Source of the DNA: Camelus dromedarius
Taxonomy: Eukaryota
Direction: 5' to 3'
Length of the DNA: 33,000 bases
Assembly: GCF_036321535.1 (NCBI RefSeq)
Contig: NC_087472.1
Location: 108,779,001-108,812,000, forward strand
The notes beneath the pieces are model-generated. The model worked only from the letters and a program-made list of their open reading frames with translations, ran no database searches and was not told where the DNA came from. Shown here piece by piece: positions 22,044 through 33,000 of this stretch (position 1 is the stretch's first letter; each line of letters starts with the position of its first letter). The position numbers and the translations under genes were made by a program.

Positions 22044-24469
22044 GCCAGATGGTTTCTATGGTGCCTGCAGACTCTAAAATGTGTAGATTAAAGTCAGCAA
22101 GATGAAGGCATAGAGCTTTTGGGGGGACCTCCTTTAACTGTATCCATTGCAAATATTTAATTATGTGCTGATAGCATCTTTATTCCTTGACCACTTTGAA
22201 ACAGATTAATAATCACAAATTGTTCTAGTTGAAGACCAGCCTTCTCTAGGAAAAAAGTGATCTTCTGTTTGACGTTATTTGTAATATAGTGACTTACGAG
22301 AAGTTCCGTCAGACACCTGAGTGAGGTCCGGGTGAAAGCTCGTGGGTGTCAGAAAGCCACAAAGCGGTCATCAGAAGGATGCTTGTGTGTGGGGCAGACG
22401 CCGACCTCTCACCCGTGTGTGCACCGTATTTCGATTTCAGAGCCACCTGGGCCACTGAACAGCAAGGTGGACCGTGAACTTGCAGGGTTCACCGCAGAGC
22501 ACCTGGGCAAGGACCCAGCCTGGCTGAGGTGGCCTCCACTGTAAACTGGAGGTGACATAATATCCCCACACTGGTGCCACTCTTACTAGTGGGTTGCCAC
22601 GGGAGACCAAAGAGGATGATGCTACAGTGGGCAGTGCACCGTGGTCAACAGTACCAGCCTGCCACTGCCTAAGATGGGATGACCCCAGGTATCTTAACCA
22701 GGACTGCCCTGAGTTACTCTTGCTCTTATTGCTACTGTAAACCCCCCTTTAGATAGGATGCCCTGCCCCTTAAACTGTCAGCTCTCACTTTAAGGTTTCA
22801 TTAAGCCCCACACACTCTAAGCCTGGGAGATTCAACACCTTGCAGATGCCTGGGCATCTGGCATGGGGTAACTGCAGGCAACCCACCAATGGTGCGACAA
22901 ACTGAACACTCAATAGTCTCTGTTTTACCAAGAGACATGTGACGGCCACTTTAAGTTCTAATTTGAACTAATAAAAAAGCCACCCACAGAGGGGTTGGCA
23001 TTAAGGAGAAGCAATTCATCTGGCAGGATGTAAATGACGCGACATTACAAGAGAGCATTTGAGTGTTATTATCTGGGCTGAGAAAATGGATTCCGTCTGT
23101 GCACGGACAACACTGGCACCCTGCACGTGGGTGCACCCACACGTGCCCTGAGAAACGGAGCCACACTTTGGAAGGAACTTGGCGGTGCTGCTGCTGCTGC
23201 CTCCATCCCCATTTCTCTGCGCGCCGCACCATGTAGAACAAAGAAAACCACTCCTAGTTTGTAGGAGTAAAAAACAGAGAGGAAACAGAATCTTGAGTCC
23301 TGAGAAGATACACGTTATTACAGAAATATGGCCATTTTCCATGTGTTATCTCATCCACTGACATTTAGAATCAGGAAATGATTCACGGCTAAACTCTCAC
23401 CTATTCAACCTAATTCTGAGTGAAAATATACAAACACCAATAAGAAGCTAAGTCTGTTACGCTGTAGAACGACAGACACTGTAACCCCAAAGTACCACAG
23501 CAGTTTGTTTTTAGCAACCTCTCCATAATTTCTGAATCATCTTTTCCCTCCCCTTTCATTAGTTTCATTTCAAAGTTTGGAAAGCTTTCTTTAGAGAATA
23601 AAAAAAGAGAAATACTTAAACACTATAAAAGGAGGAACTGAAATTTGACGTTTGCAAAGCTTTCTAACTGTGTGATGTTACAAAACGGTGAAAGAGAGCA
23701 GTAACAGCCAGTGCAGAGACATCTGAATAATGACTTCAGAGCAATATAGAACACAAACAATTCTCTCTTGGTCCCCAGTGCACTACAAAACAGCCCAATG
23801 CTTCCAGCACAGCACAGAGCTTGTCACATAATAGATACTTGATTAATTCATTTGCATAATAAAACATATGTCACATGTATACACTCATTCACACATATAC
23901 ACACATCCTTGGGAAACAAACTTTGGCTAATGACAAGTAGAAACAAACTGGCAAGCTGGCCAGTTTATAATCACATGTATTTTTAAACCTTTTATTGGCT
24001 AACCGGGACCTGTGCTTTTCCTACAGATGTCATTCTATAAAAATACTGTCTTTTGACAAACACATTGGGAAATAAGAGATGAGCCACTGAATCAAGATTA
24101 TCCCGGTGACATTCAAACACATCACCCCTCATTAACCAGCACTCATAACTCACACACACGACAGCTGGAGAGAAAGGGGTCAAAGAGCTAACAACAGAGT
24201 GCATGTGTAGGTAGAATCCAAGCAACAAATTAATTTGCTAACTTGCCTTCTTGCTTTCTGGACTTAACTTCTGTTTAACATGCAGCCCTGATATGCAAAC
24301 TCACAGTATGGCTAAAGTCAGGAGACTAATGTCCCAGCAAACATCATAAATGGTTCATTTAGCTGAAATTTCAACATTGCAATCTTTAAAACAGCTGGCC
24401 TTCACGTGTAACCCGGAAAACAGAACGTTCAAAACAGAACCTGCGATGTGCCTGCAAAGCAGCTTGTGT

Positions 24470-25085
24470 CTAATTCATAGGAAAACAAACGCAAATGACT
24501 GGCAAACAAGACGAAATATTCCACCTCATTAGTAATCAAAGAAATGCAAAAAAAAAAAAAAAAGAAAAAAGAAAGAAAGCAAGAAAGAAAAAGAAGTGCC
24601 TGCATTCTCAGCTTGGTTGACCACAGTCATGTGAGCCGTCTGAAAGGCCGGCACCCAACCCCCAGCCCCTGGCAACGCATCACAATTGGCACAGCCTTTC
24701 AGGAAAGCAATTTGGTAATCGGTCTCAAAAGCCCTACAGCTCTCTTTGCAGCAATCTATCCTAAAGCAAAAATTGGAAGCAATCTAAATCTCCAATAGCA
24801 CATGTTAAATCAATTACAGTACATGCACTTGACAGGATAGATACATGAAAATATTTTCAGTAAAAGTCAGCTGATGATCAAATGCTCACTTGTAAGGTTA
24901 AGTGGAAGAGCCGTGGCACAAAGCTGAACAGACATGACGTTACACACACATGAATATAAACATTTGGAAGAAAATACACCAAAATGCTGATGGGGAACTG
25001 CTCTGGGTAGGTTGAGACGTTTTTATTTTCTTTGCAGATTTAGTTCTATTTTTCCAAATTGCTCATTACTTAGAGCACATTATTT
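24470..25085 (+). mobile_element. L1ME-like remnant with an A-rich tract near 24547-24595
   Basis: cacctcattagtaatcaaagaaatgcaaa..aattggcacagcctttcaggaaagcaatttgg..ttggaagcaatctaaatctccaatag..ggaagaaaatacaccaaaatgct. Confidence 0.7.
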
Positions 25086-26299
25086 TTAAAATCAGGAAAG
25101 AGTTATGAAAACCCTAGCCAGCAAAGAATCATTACTAATGCCTCATCTGGTTGAGTATGACTACGATAAATAAGATATAGCTATTTACCTAGTTACTTCT
25201 TTTCTAAGGCTGTCAATGATGGTTTTCCTTACACACTGCAGTGTGTTAGGAGATTCTTTTCTCTTTGAGGTACACACCTACCAACCTCCTCTGAGTCACC
25301 TTTTTGAAGTTTTATGATGCCAAAGTCTATAAACACAACATTAAATATTTATGGTTGATATTTGCCGCTTCTAAAAATACGTGGAGAAGACGGTCTCTTA
25401 ACGAGGCCTCCACTTGACCTTGTCGCTGAATTAACCAAGACTGTCTGTTCTGCGGACGTGCTGACAGCTGCCCACAGGCCCCGGAGCTCACTGGGCTGGG
25501 GCCGCCTTCCTTTCCATGGGCCCAGGGCCTTTCTGCCAGAGCCGGTGACCTGTGTGCTTCGTAATCCAAAGTGTCCACTAGACCCAAACCTGCTTATGCC
25601 AGTTGGACTTATTACTGCATTTATGAAAAGTAATTTATGTTATATAAACTAATGAACTAGGAGCACAATTTTATCTTCCTACCAAAACCAGTCCAGATGC
25701 TTTGTCGTAGACTTACCTAACAGAAATGGTCACACAAAAATGGATCCCGGAAATGATGGTAGGTGGACAAGGTATGGGAAGAGATCTGGGGAAAGGGATA
25801 AATCTGCAGGTGGATTCTGCACTGAGGCGGTTGCACAAATGCCGGTAAAGTCCCACTCCACTTTGAAGAAATCAACACTGGCAACCACAGAGGGTGCGTC
25901 AGGGGTACAACTTCCAAGGAAAGTTGACCTCAGACTAGAATGATTGGATCCACATTCCAAGAAAAGGGTCTGTTCCCTTCTGTCAAGAGGTTGGTGGATC
26001 CATTTGCATTTCAATATTTTAATGTAAGCTCTCTAGGAGCTGACACTTAACTTGCACCCCCTACACCTGAGTATGGGTTTGAAGGAACAGCACAGGGAAA
26101 GGAAAAGCGGTACTTGGTAGCAGAAACCCAGGACATGGCCTCCGAAGCCCAGGATCAAGCTGAGCCCATCAGAGGAAGTCATGCTGATGGTCCATACCTT
26201 CAATGTGACATGACCAGAAAGGCCCTGACCTCTGCAGTCCTCCTTCCCAAACTCAGAACCCCAGCCTAACGCCAGCCAGACCCACACTGAAGGACATTC

Positions 26300-26520
26300 C
26301 ACAACATTCATGACCAGTATTTCCTAAAACGATCAGAGCCATAAAAAACAAGCAAAGTGTGAGAAACTGTCACAGCCCAGAGGAAACATGGGCCCACGAC
26401 GACTAAATTCAGAGGGGTGGTCTGGATGCGATCCTGAGACAGAAAAAGGACATTCATGGAAGAAAGGGTAAATCTGAAAAAAGTTTGAAATACAGTAACT
26501 AAAGAAATTTTAAATAATGT
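26300..26520 (+). mobile_element. L1MC4-like 3' fragment
   Basis: catgaccagtatttcctaaaa..gagaaactgtcacagcccagagga..ggatgcgatcctgagacagaaaaaggacatt; homologous to 13000-13200. Confidence 0.7.
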
Positions 26521-27281
26521 ATATGTATATCATTCCTTCCATTCCCGATTTACCTAACGCTGTTACTGAGGCAAAACCACCCATCACTCTTTCAGAGTTC
26601 GGTGAGTTTGCCCCCCTGCGAACCTTCAGCACGTCACAAACCACTAGCCCTGCCAACCCTGGAGGAAACACACACACACCATACTGTCAAGCTGCAACCT
26701 TTACAAAGTCCCCATTTCCACCATTCAAAATGTCATTCTCTTTCTTTCTTATTTTATTTTCAGCTTCTTCCCACCTTAGGGACCTTTGGCTATCTGCTGT
26801 CACTGAACTTGAAAAGCAGGGAAGATGAGAGTCCATCAGGGAAAACCTCAAGCAGGAAGGGGCTGGCCACCAAGCCCTGGGTCTCAGGCTGAGGGCCACG
26901 AGCTGCCTTTAAAGATGGAAACACTGGCATCTCCAAGGTTCATGCCAAAGTGATCTGCAACACGCAGGGCAGGCTAATGTAGCCCCAGAGCTGAGACATG
27001 CACGCGAATGAATCACCCGGGGCCCTCTGACCATGCAGATGCCGACAGAGCCAGCCTGGTGCGGGGACGCCCGCTGCCGTGGGGGTCAGACTCTCGGGAC
27101 CCACCTCGTGACAGCTCCAGCTCTGTCTTCGGGGAAGCGCTCCCCTCGCTGCTCTGTAGCTGCCTTGTCTAGAAAACATGGGAGAATCTCGAAGATTCCC
27201 CTCTCAACTGTAAAATCGTAGGATCCTCTGAGATGTTCATTGAGTCATCCTGATTGTCCAAAGTCTACAAAATGGAATTCC

Positions 27282-27581
27282 TGGGCACCAGGTTCATTTC
27301 TTCCTATCTGATGTACCTTATGTTACTATTAAAAGGTTGTCTGCCCTGATACCCTACTCTGCCTTCACAGCACCAACTCCAGCCCTCACTGATGCCTGCA
27401 CACAGAGCTACAGTATCTGTGTCAGTATCTGCTGAACGAATGAACGATTAGTGCTATGCGATGTTATCATCGTTGAAACCATAAGTAAGATAAAATTTTG
27501 TAAGCTTTGTGAATGGAAAAATTCGCATTTCTTTTCCTGTTAACTCTGCACAGACGACAATTTTTAAAAAGGGGGTAATTC
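27282..27581 (+). repeat. Local duplication, copy 1 (contains an L2-like 3' end)
   Basis: Aligns with 29549-29854; hand count gives about 16 mismatches in the first ~167 nt and a 52-nt identical core (27398-27449). Confidence 0.95.
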
Positions 27582-27993
27582 AGTTCTTTCATTATTTTGA
27601 AAAGGAAAGGTCAGCATTTCCTACATGCCTTGGAGCAGAAGGCACGGGGAGCGGCGGTGGGATTCTGACAGTGAGTGGGAGATTAACGTGAATTTATGGC
27701 GGAGACAGGAGCTGATGGGGCACGTCCTCTATGGGCTCAAAGGATGTTTTCATTTGATGGGATGGAAACCATTTTTCTGTCCAAGAATATAATTAAGAAC
27801 ACAATCCTGATCCATAATTTTTATTTAACTATGCAGTAAAGCAAGAGTATGTGTAGATTCCAATGCTCCAAAGGTTAGGGCACACACGTGGCAAATAAAG
27901 AACTTCCCCAGCATTTTCTGGTAATTGACTATGGACTCAAATGAGTAATTCTCTAACCGAGACGCCAATTTATGGTAAAAAGTGAAAGAGGGC

Positions 27994-28493
27994 TGTGTTT
28001 AGGCAGCCTCTTAGATGGTGTCCAAAGAGCCCCACCTCCTAGTATCTGAATCCTGGAACAGCCCAAATCCACATCCTCCAGGATGGTCTGTGTGACCAGA
28101 GAACATGACTGAAGTAAAGGCAGTCACTTAAGAGATGAGGTTATGCGAGCACTGTGGCTTCCAGCATGCCGGACCAGGCACCAGGCACCAAGAAGCCAGT
28201 CATGGGCAGCCCTGCAAAGAGGGGAGGAACTGGAGCCTCCCGCCAACTGCCACGTTTGTGAACGACCTTGGGATTGACCCTCCGGCCCAGGACCACTTTC
28301 AGAGACTGTAGCCTGGACCGATGTGCTGACTACAATTTGTGAGAGACCTTGAGCCAGAACATTCCAGCTAATCTGTGCTTGGATTCCTGACTCTCAGAAA
28401 TGGGGGGGGGGGGGGGCGAGGATAATAAATGTCTGTTGTCTTCAGCAGTTGAGTGCTGGGGCAATTTGTTACACGGTGACCAACAACGAAACA
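27994..28493 (+). mobile_element. MLT1F-like ERVL-MaLR solo LTR
   Basis: Starts tgtg..aggcagcctc.tagatgg..cccacctcctagtat; ends gagaccttgagccagaac..ccagctaa..ttcctgactctcagaaa..gataataaatg.ctgttg..ggggcaatttgttacac; G homopolymer at ~28403-28417. Confidence 0.85.
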
Positions 28494-29548
28494 GGGGCCG
28501 AAGCTGGAGTGTGTCAGTGAAGATGAAAGAAGAGTGGCACAGAAACTAGTCCCATCCGTTCGCGCCCCCTCCACCCGCTCTGAGCCAATTATTACTTAAT
28601 TCCATGGGTTTGCCTTCAGCCAAGCATGCAAGCAAAACAAACATAAGATCCAGCAAACTACATGGATCTATCTGCCACTACCAAGTAGTTCTTTTTTAGT
28701 AAAATCTGGGTCTACCTGATAAATCATTTACCTTCCAGATTCATGCAGCCTTACAAACCAGACTGGTATTTTTCCCCTAAATTTTCCCCAGGCAAATAAA
28801 TCACTTGCTGCCCTCAGCTAGGCATTTGCAGGTCCAAATGGTACAAGTGGCATTTTTTCATTAGATTTGAAGAAAAGTTCCTACTTTAAGTTCTCGATTC
28901 ACTATGAGGTAAATCCTAAACTTGTCTGGCTTATTTAAGCAAGTTTTTGACATAAAGACTTGAGAAGTTGTGCTGTATTTTGTATCACATGAAAGACTAC
29001 ATTTACCTGAGAGAAAGAGTCCTCTCTGTAGCTTTAAATTACTTATATTACATAAGAGAATTTATTTTCCTCTGATGCAGAATTTCAGTTTGTTTCGTTA
29101 GCTTTCTCATGAGTCTGACATCAAGGCCCAGAGTGAACAGACCCGATGGATGTGTACATGCTCTAACTGGGACTCTAAATGAAGCTGGGTCTTGTTTGGG
29201 TGCCGTAATTACAATGTGAAGTCATATTCCCTGTGGTCCAAGCTGCAACTGGAAGCTGATCCTCCAAGGCCCCAAGTCCGTCTCCAAGGGACAAACACAG
29301 TGATGACACCCAGGCAACCTCCTGTTTACCATCTGAAGCCACCACTGCCCAGAGAGGCAATTCACAGGACAAGGTTTCACCTGCCACGCTCTGAGGCTTC
29401 CAAATACAGAACATTTCTGAGCAGACATGTTGTGTGTTTAATCTGTTTCCCCCCTCAAAACACTGGAGAGTCTTGAAAGATGTCTAACTCAGCACCAAAG
29501 CCTTGTCCACAGCATAATTTCCTGCAGAGGAAACTGGACAAAACTTCA

Positions 29549-29854
29549 TGGGCACCAGGTTCATTTCTTTCTATCTGATGTGCTTTATGTTACTGTTAAA
29601 AAGTTGTCTGCCCTGACAGTCTACTTGGCCTTCACAGAGCCAACTCCAGCCCTTACTGACGCTAGCACACAGAGCTACAGTATCTGTGTCAGTATCTGCT
29701 GAACGAATGAACGATTTTTAGTGCTATGCGATGTTATCACTTTGAAACCATGAGTAAGACAAAATTTTGTAACCTTTGTGGAACGTCTGGAAAAATTCTC
29801 ATTCTTTTTTTTTCCTGTTAACTTTGCATAGAAGATAATAAAAAAGGGTAATTC
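29549..29854 (+). repeat. Local duplication, copy 2 (abuts L1 5' end)
   Basis: Direct repeat of 27282-27581; ends at aaaaagggtaattc, which runs straight into L1 cttaaatataagac. Confidence 0.95.
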
Positions 29855-30991
29855 TTAAATATAAGACATGACACCATAAAACTCCTAGAAGAGAACACAG
29901 GCAAAACATTCTCTGGCATAAATTATAGCAATATTTTCTTAGATCAGGCTCCCAAGGCAAAAGAAATCAAAGAAAAAATTAACAAATGGGACCTAATCAA
30001 ACTTAAAAGCTTTAGCACAGCAAAAGAAATCATAAACAAGACAAGCTAGACTGGAAGAAAATATCTGCAAACGATTTGACTGACAAGGGGTTAATTTCCA
30101 AAATAGACAAACAGCTCTTACAGTTCAATATCAAAAAAACTAACAACCAAATCAGAAATTGGGCAGAAGAACTAAACAGATATTTCTCCAAAGAAGATAT
30201 AGAGATGGCCAATAGATACATGGAAAGATGCTCAACATGGCTAATTATCAGAGAAATGCAAATCTAAACTACAATGAGGTATCACCTCACACCAGTCAGA
30301 ATGACCATCATTCAAAAGTCCACAAATGATAAATGCTAGAGAGGGTGTGGTGAAAAAGGAATCCTCCTATACTGTTGGTGGGGCTGTAAATTGGTGCAGT
30401 CGCTATGGAAATCAGTATGGAGATTCCTTAAGAAAGTAAAAATAGTTACCATATGATCCAGCAATCCCACTCCTAAGCATATATCCAGAAAAGAGGAAAA
30501 CTCTAATTCAAAAAGACACATGCACACCAGCATTCACAGCAGCACTATTTACAACAGCCCAGACATGGAAACAACCTAAATGCCCACTGACAGATGACTG
30601 GATGAAGAAGTTGTGGTATATTTATACAATGGAATACTACTCAGCCATAAAAAAGAATAAAACAATGCCATTTGCAGCAACATGGATGGACCTAGAGATC
30701 ACTATAGTAAGTGAAATAAGTCAGATAGAGAAATCTAATATAATATCACTTATACGTGTAATCTAAAAAAATAATACAAATGAACAAACAAAAAACAAAA
30801 CAGAAACAGACTCACAGACATAGAAAGCATATCTCGGTTTCCAAAGGGGAAAGTGGGGGAAGGATAAATTAGGACTATGGGCTTAGCAGATACATACCAC
30901 TATATATAAAATAGATAAATAATAACAATTTACTGTATAGCAGAGGGAACTGTATTCAATATCTTGTAATAACCTATAATGGAAAAGAATC
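29854..30991 (+). mobile_element. 5'-truncated artiodactyl-type L1 (ORF2 3' part plus most of 3' UTR), disrupted
   Basis: accataaaactcctagaagagaac..aacaaatgggacctaatcaaacttaaaagc; ORF 30076-30267 [37 protein letters not shown] is recognisable L1 ORF2p C-terminal sequence, with stops and frameshifts around it. Confidence 0.95.
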
Positions 30992-31666
30992 ACACAAAAA
31001 AAGTTAAAAATAATAGAACTACCATATGATTCAGCAATCCCATTTCTAGGTATTTTCCCAAAGAAAATAAAAACACTAATTTAAAAGNNNNNNNNNNNNN
31101 NNNNNNNNNNNNNNNNNNNNNNNNNNNNNNNNNNNNNNNNNNNNNNNNNNNNNNNNNNNNNNNNNNNNNNNNNNNNNNNNNNNNNNNNNNNNNNNNNNNN
31201 NNNNNNNNNNNNNNNNNNNNNNNNNNNNNNNNNNNNNNNNNNNNNNCAAAATGGATGGACCTGGAGGGCATTATGCTAAGTGAAATAAGTCAGACAAAGA
31301 GAAACACTGCATGATTTCACTTACAGGTGGAATCTAAAAAAACAAAATTCATGAACAAACAACAAAACAGAAGAAGACTCACTGAAACATGTGGCTGGCA
31401 GAGAAGAGGGGGACAGGGGAATGAGTGACACGGAGGGAGACGAAGAGGTACAAACCCAGCTACAAGATGAACGGGTGACAGGGATGAAATGCACAGTGTG
31501 GTGAATACAGTCAGAATAATGTCGTATCTTTGTGTGGTGACAGAAGGTAACCAGACTTATTGTGGTGATCATTTTATAATATACAGAAGTATCCAATCAC
31601 TGTGATGTGCACTTGGAACTAACACAGTGCTAGAGGTCAGATATAGATCAAATAAATAAAAATAAA
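30992..31666 (+). mobile_element. Second, older-looking L1 3' end (spans assembly gap)
   Basis: atagaactaccatatgattcagcaatcccatttctaggtat..[gap]..tggatggacctggagggcattatgctaagtgaaataagtcagac..ggtgacagaaggtaaccagacttattgtggtgatcattt..A-rich tail. Confidence 0.88.
31088..31246. other. Assembly gap (159 N)
   Basis: Run of N characters. Confidence 0.99.
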
Positions 31667-31690
31667 GGAGGGAGAGAGAAAATGCATCTA

Positions 31691-31693
<3 letters not shown>

Positions 31694-31747
<54 letters not shown>
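31694..31747. repeat. (AC)27 microsatellite
   Basis: Perfect AC dinucleotide run of 54 nt. Confidence 0.97.
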
Positions 31748-31749
<2 letters not shown>

Positions 31750-31754
31750 CATTA

Positions 31755-32075
31755 AATGACGGCACAGTGGAGTGGAATGGGCCCTTAATCCAAGGTGGGT
31801 GTCCTTATAAGAAGTGGTTGCATGAAGACAGAGCTGCACAGAGGCAGCAGAGATGGGAGTGACGAGCCCACAGGTCCAAGAGTGTCCAGGGTGAACGGAG
31901 AGCACAGAAGCCAGGAGAGAGGCAAGGGAGGGGCCCCTACAGCCTTCAGAGGAGGGCAGCTCTGATGACACCTGGATTTGGGACTTCTGGCCTCCGGGAC
32001 TGTGACAGAACACATTTCTATTGGAAGCCACAGCGCTTGCGGTCAGGCTCAGGGCAGCCTGAAGAAATCGACGTG
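31755..32075 (+). mobile_element. MLT1A-C-like ERVL-MaLR LTR fragment
   Basis: gggcccttaatccaa..ggtgtccttataagaag..cagaagccaggagagaggcaagg..ccctacagccttcagaggag..tgacacctggatttgggacttctggcctccgggactgtgacagaacacatttct. Confidence 0.85.
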
Positions 32076-33000
32076 ACCACAAACAAGCTTCCGTCACAGC
32101 CTTCCAGAGGAAAAGCCCTGAGGGTCGGCTATGGTCCTGGCTATGGGATGTTGGCCCACCCCCACCCAGACGAATGACCCCGCTCCACCACAGTCACCCC
32201 ACCTCCACCATTTGCCTCCACGTCCTGGGACGAGCTTGAGGCTTGGGTGGGAATGCAGATCCCCATACAAGATCCCAGATCACGGAGATGACATTTCATG
32301 GCTGACAAAACACTGCCCCCAAATATACATACAGAAGCATGTTTGTTTAAAAGGGTGGTCTCTGCATGCAGGTCCACATTTGCATCTTTGGGTCTCTCAA
32401 AACAGTACAATTTTTATGGGGTTTAGCATGGCTAGATAATTATTCTGAAAACCGAGGTGGTGTGCAGGTTTTAGATCAATAAAAGAGGCCCTGGAACCAC
32501 CGCTTAGACAGGTCCCCAAGGTCTGTGACATCAAACCACAGAAGGGATGAGAAACCATTACCATAACGAGCTCTCCCTCCATCCCCCCAGCGATGAGTCC
32601 TCTGGAAGAATTAATTAAAAATTCTGAAATGGTTTTTCTTAAAGGAGAAAGACAGTCTTGCTGAGAAGCGAGTAACCAGATCAAATCTCTGCGCATGTTT
32701 ATACGCCTGCCTGTAATTTTCACCTTCGAGGACATCTGCAGGGAAAGGGACCTTCATTTACTCCAAGAGTTCTCCAGTGTATCCCTCTACGATTCGAGCA
32801 GTGGGGTGTCTCATTTACAAGGACGAGCAGAATGTCAGCTCCACGTGGACTGATGACAAACAGTTCAATATGTGATCAAGAACTAAACCTGCTTTTCAAA
32901 TTTCTGGATTCTGTTATTCCACATCCAGCCAACCGGGACCAACAGTTAGAAAAGACAAGGGCCACCATGGAGGCTTTCCTCACATTTATAAAAGGGAAAG

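Noticed and set aside
30076-30267. ORF resembling reverse transcriptase-associated protein
   Set aside because: It is a fragment of disrupted L1 ORF2 in a 5'-truncated element, not a functional gene.
31648-32097. 149-aa minus-strand ORF with a CV repeat
   Set aside because: It is made of MLT1 LTR antisense sequence plus the (AC)n microsatellite.
32397-32760. Minus-strand acceptor ccctttccctgcag|ATG followed by a 112-aa ORF
   Set aside because: The peptide is unrecognised in any frame, there is no good donor, and the length is within chance expectation.
1-33000. CRISPR arrays, operons, defence systems or other prokaryotic-type novel systems
   Set aside because: The sequence is clearly mammalian repeat-rich DNA; there are no regularly spaced repeat-spacer arrays and no long coding ORFs.

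Overview
Mammalian non-coding genomic DNA, almost certainly camelid (alpaca/camel-like), based on three tRNA-Ala-derived Vic-1-type SINEs and artiodactyl-type L1 3' ends. I find no recognisable protein-coding gene, functional RNA gene or prokaryotic system. The supplied ORFs are chance ORFs or decayed L1/L2/LTR sequence. The window is a patchwork of old interspersed repeats (L1M fragments, L2, MIR, MER20, MER58, MER33/Charlie, MLT1 LTRs), with an (AC)27 microsatellite and a 159-N assembly gap. L1 orientation bias suggests, by inference only, an intron of a minus-strand gene. The most noteworthy observations are four. (1) A 28-nt 5' fragment of U6 snRNA is retro-inserted with a perfect 10-bp target-site duplication inside an L1MB. 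(2) A ~300-bp local duplication has its second copy fused directly to the 5' truncation point of an L1. (3) Tandem MEF2 sites lie in a repeat-free, enhancer-like segment. (4) A few splice-site-bounded candidate exons are present. Repeat family names come from my recall of consensus sequences, not a database search, and boundaries are approximate. I see no convincing novel biological system.
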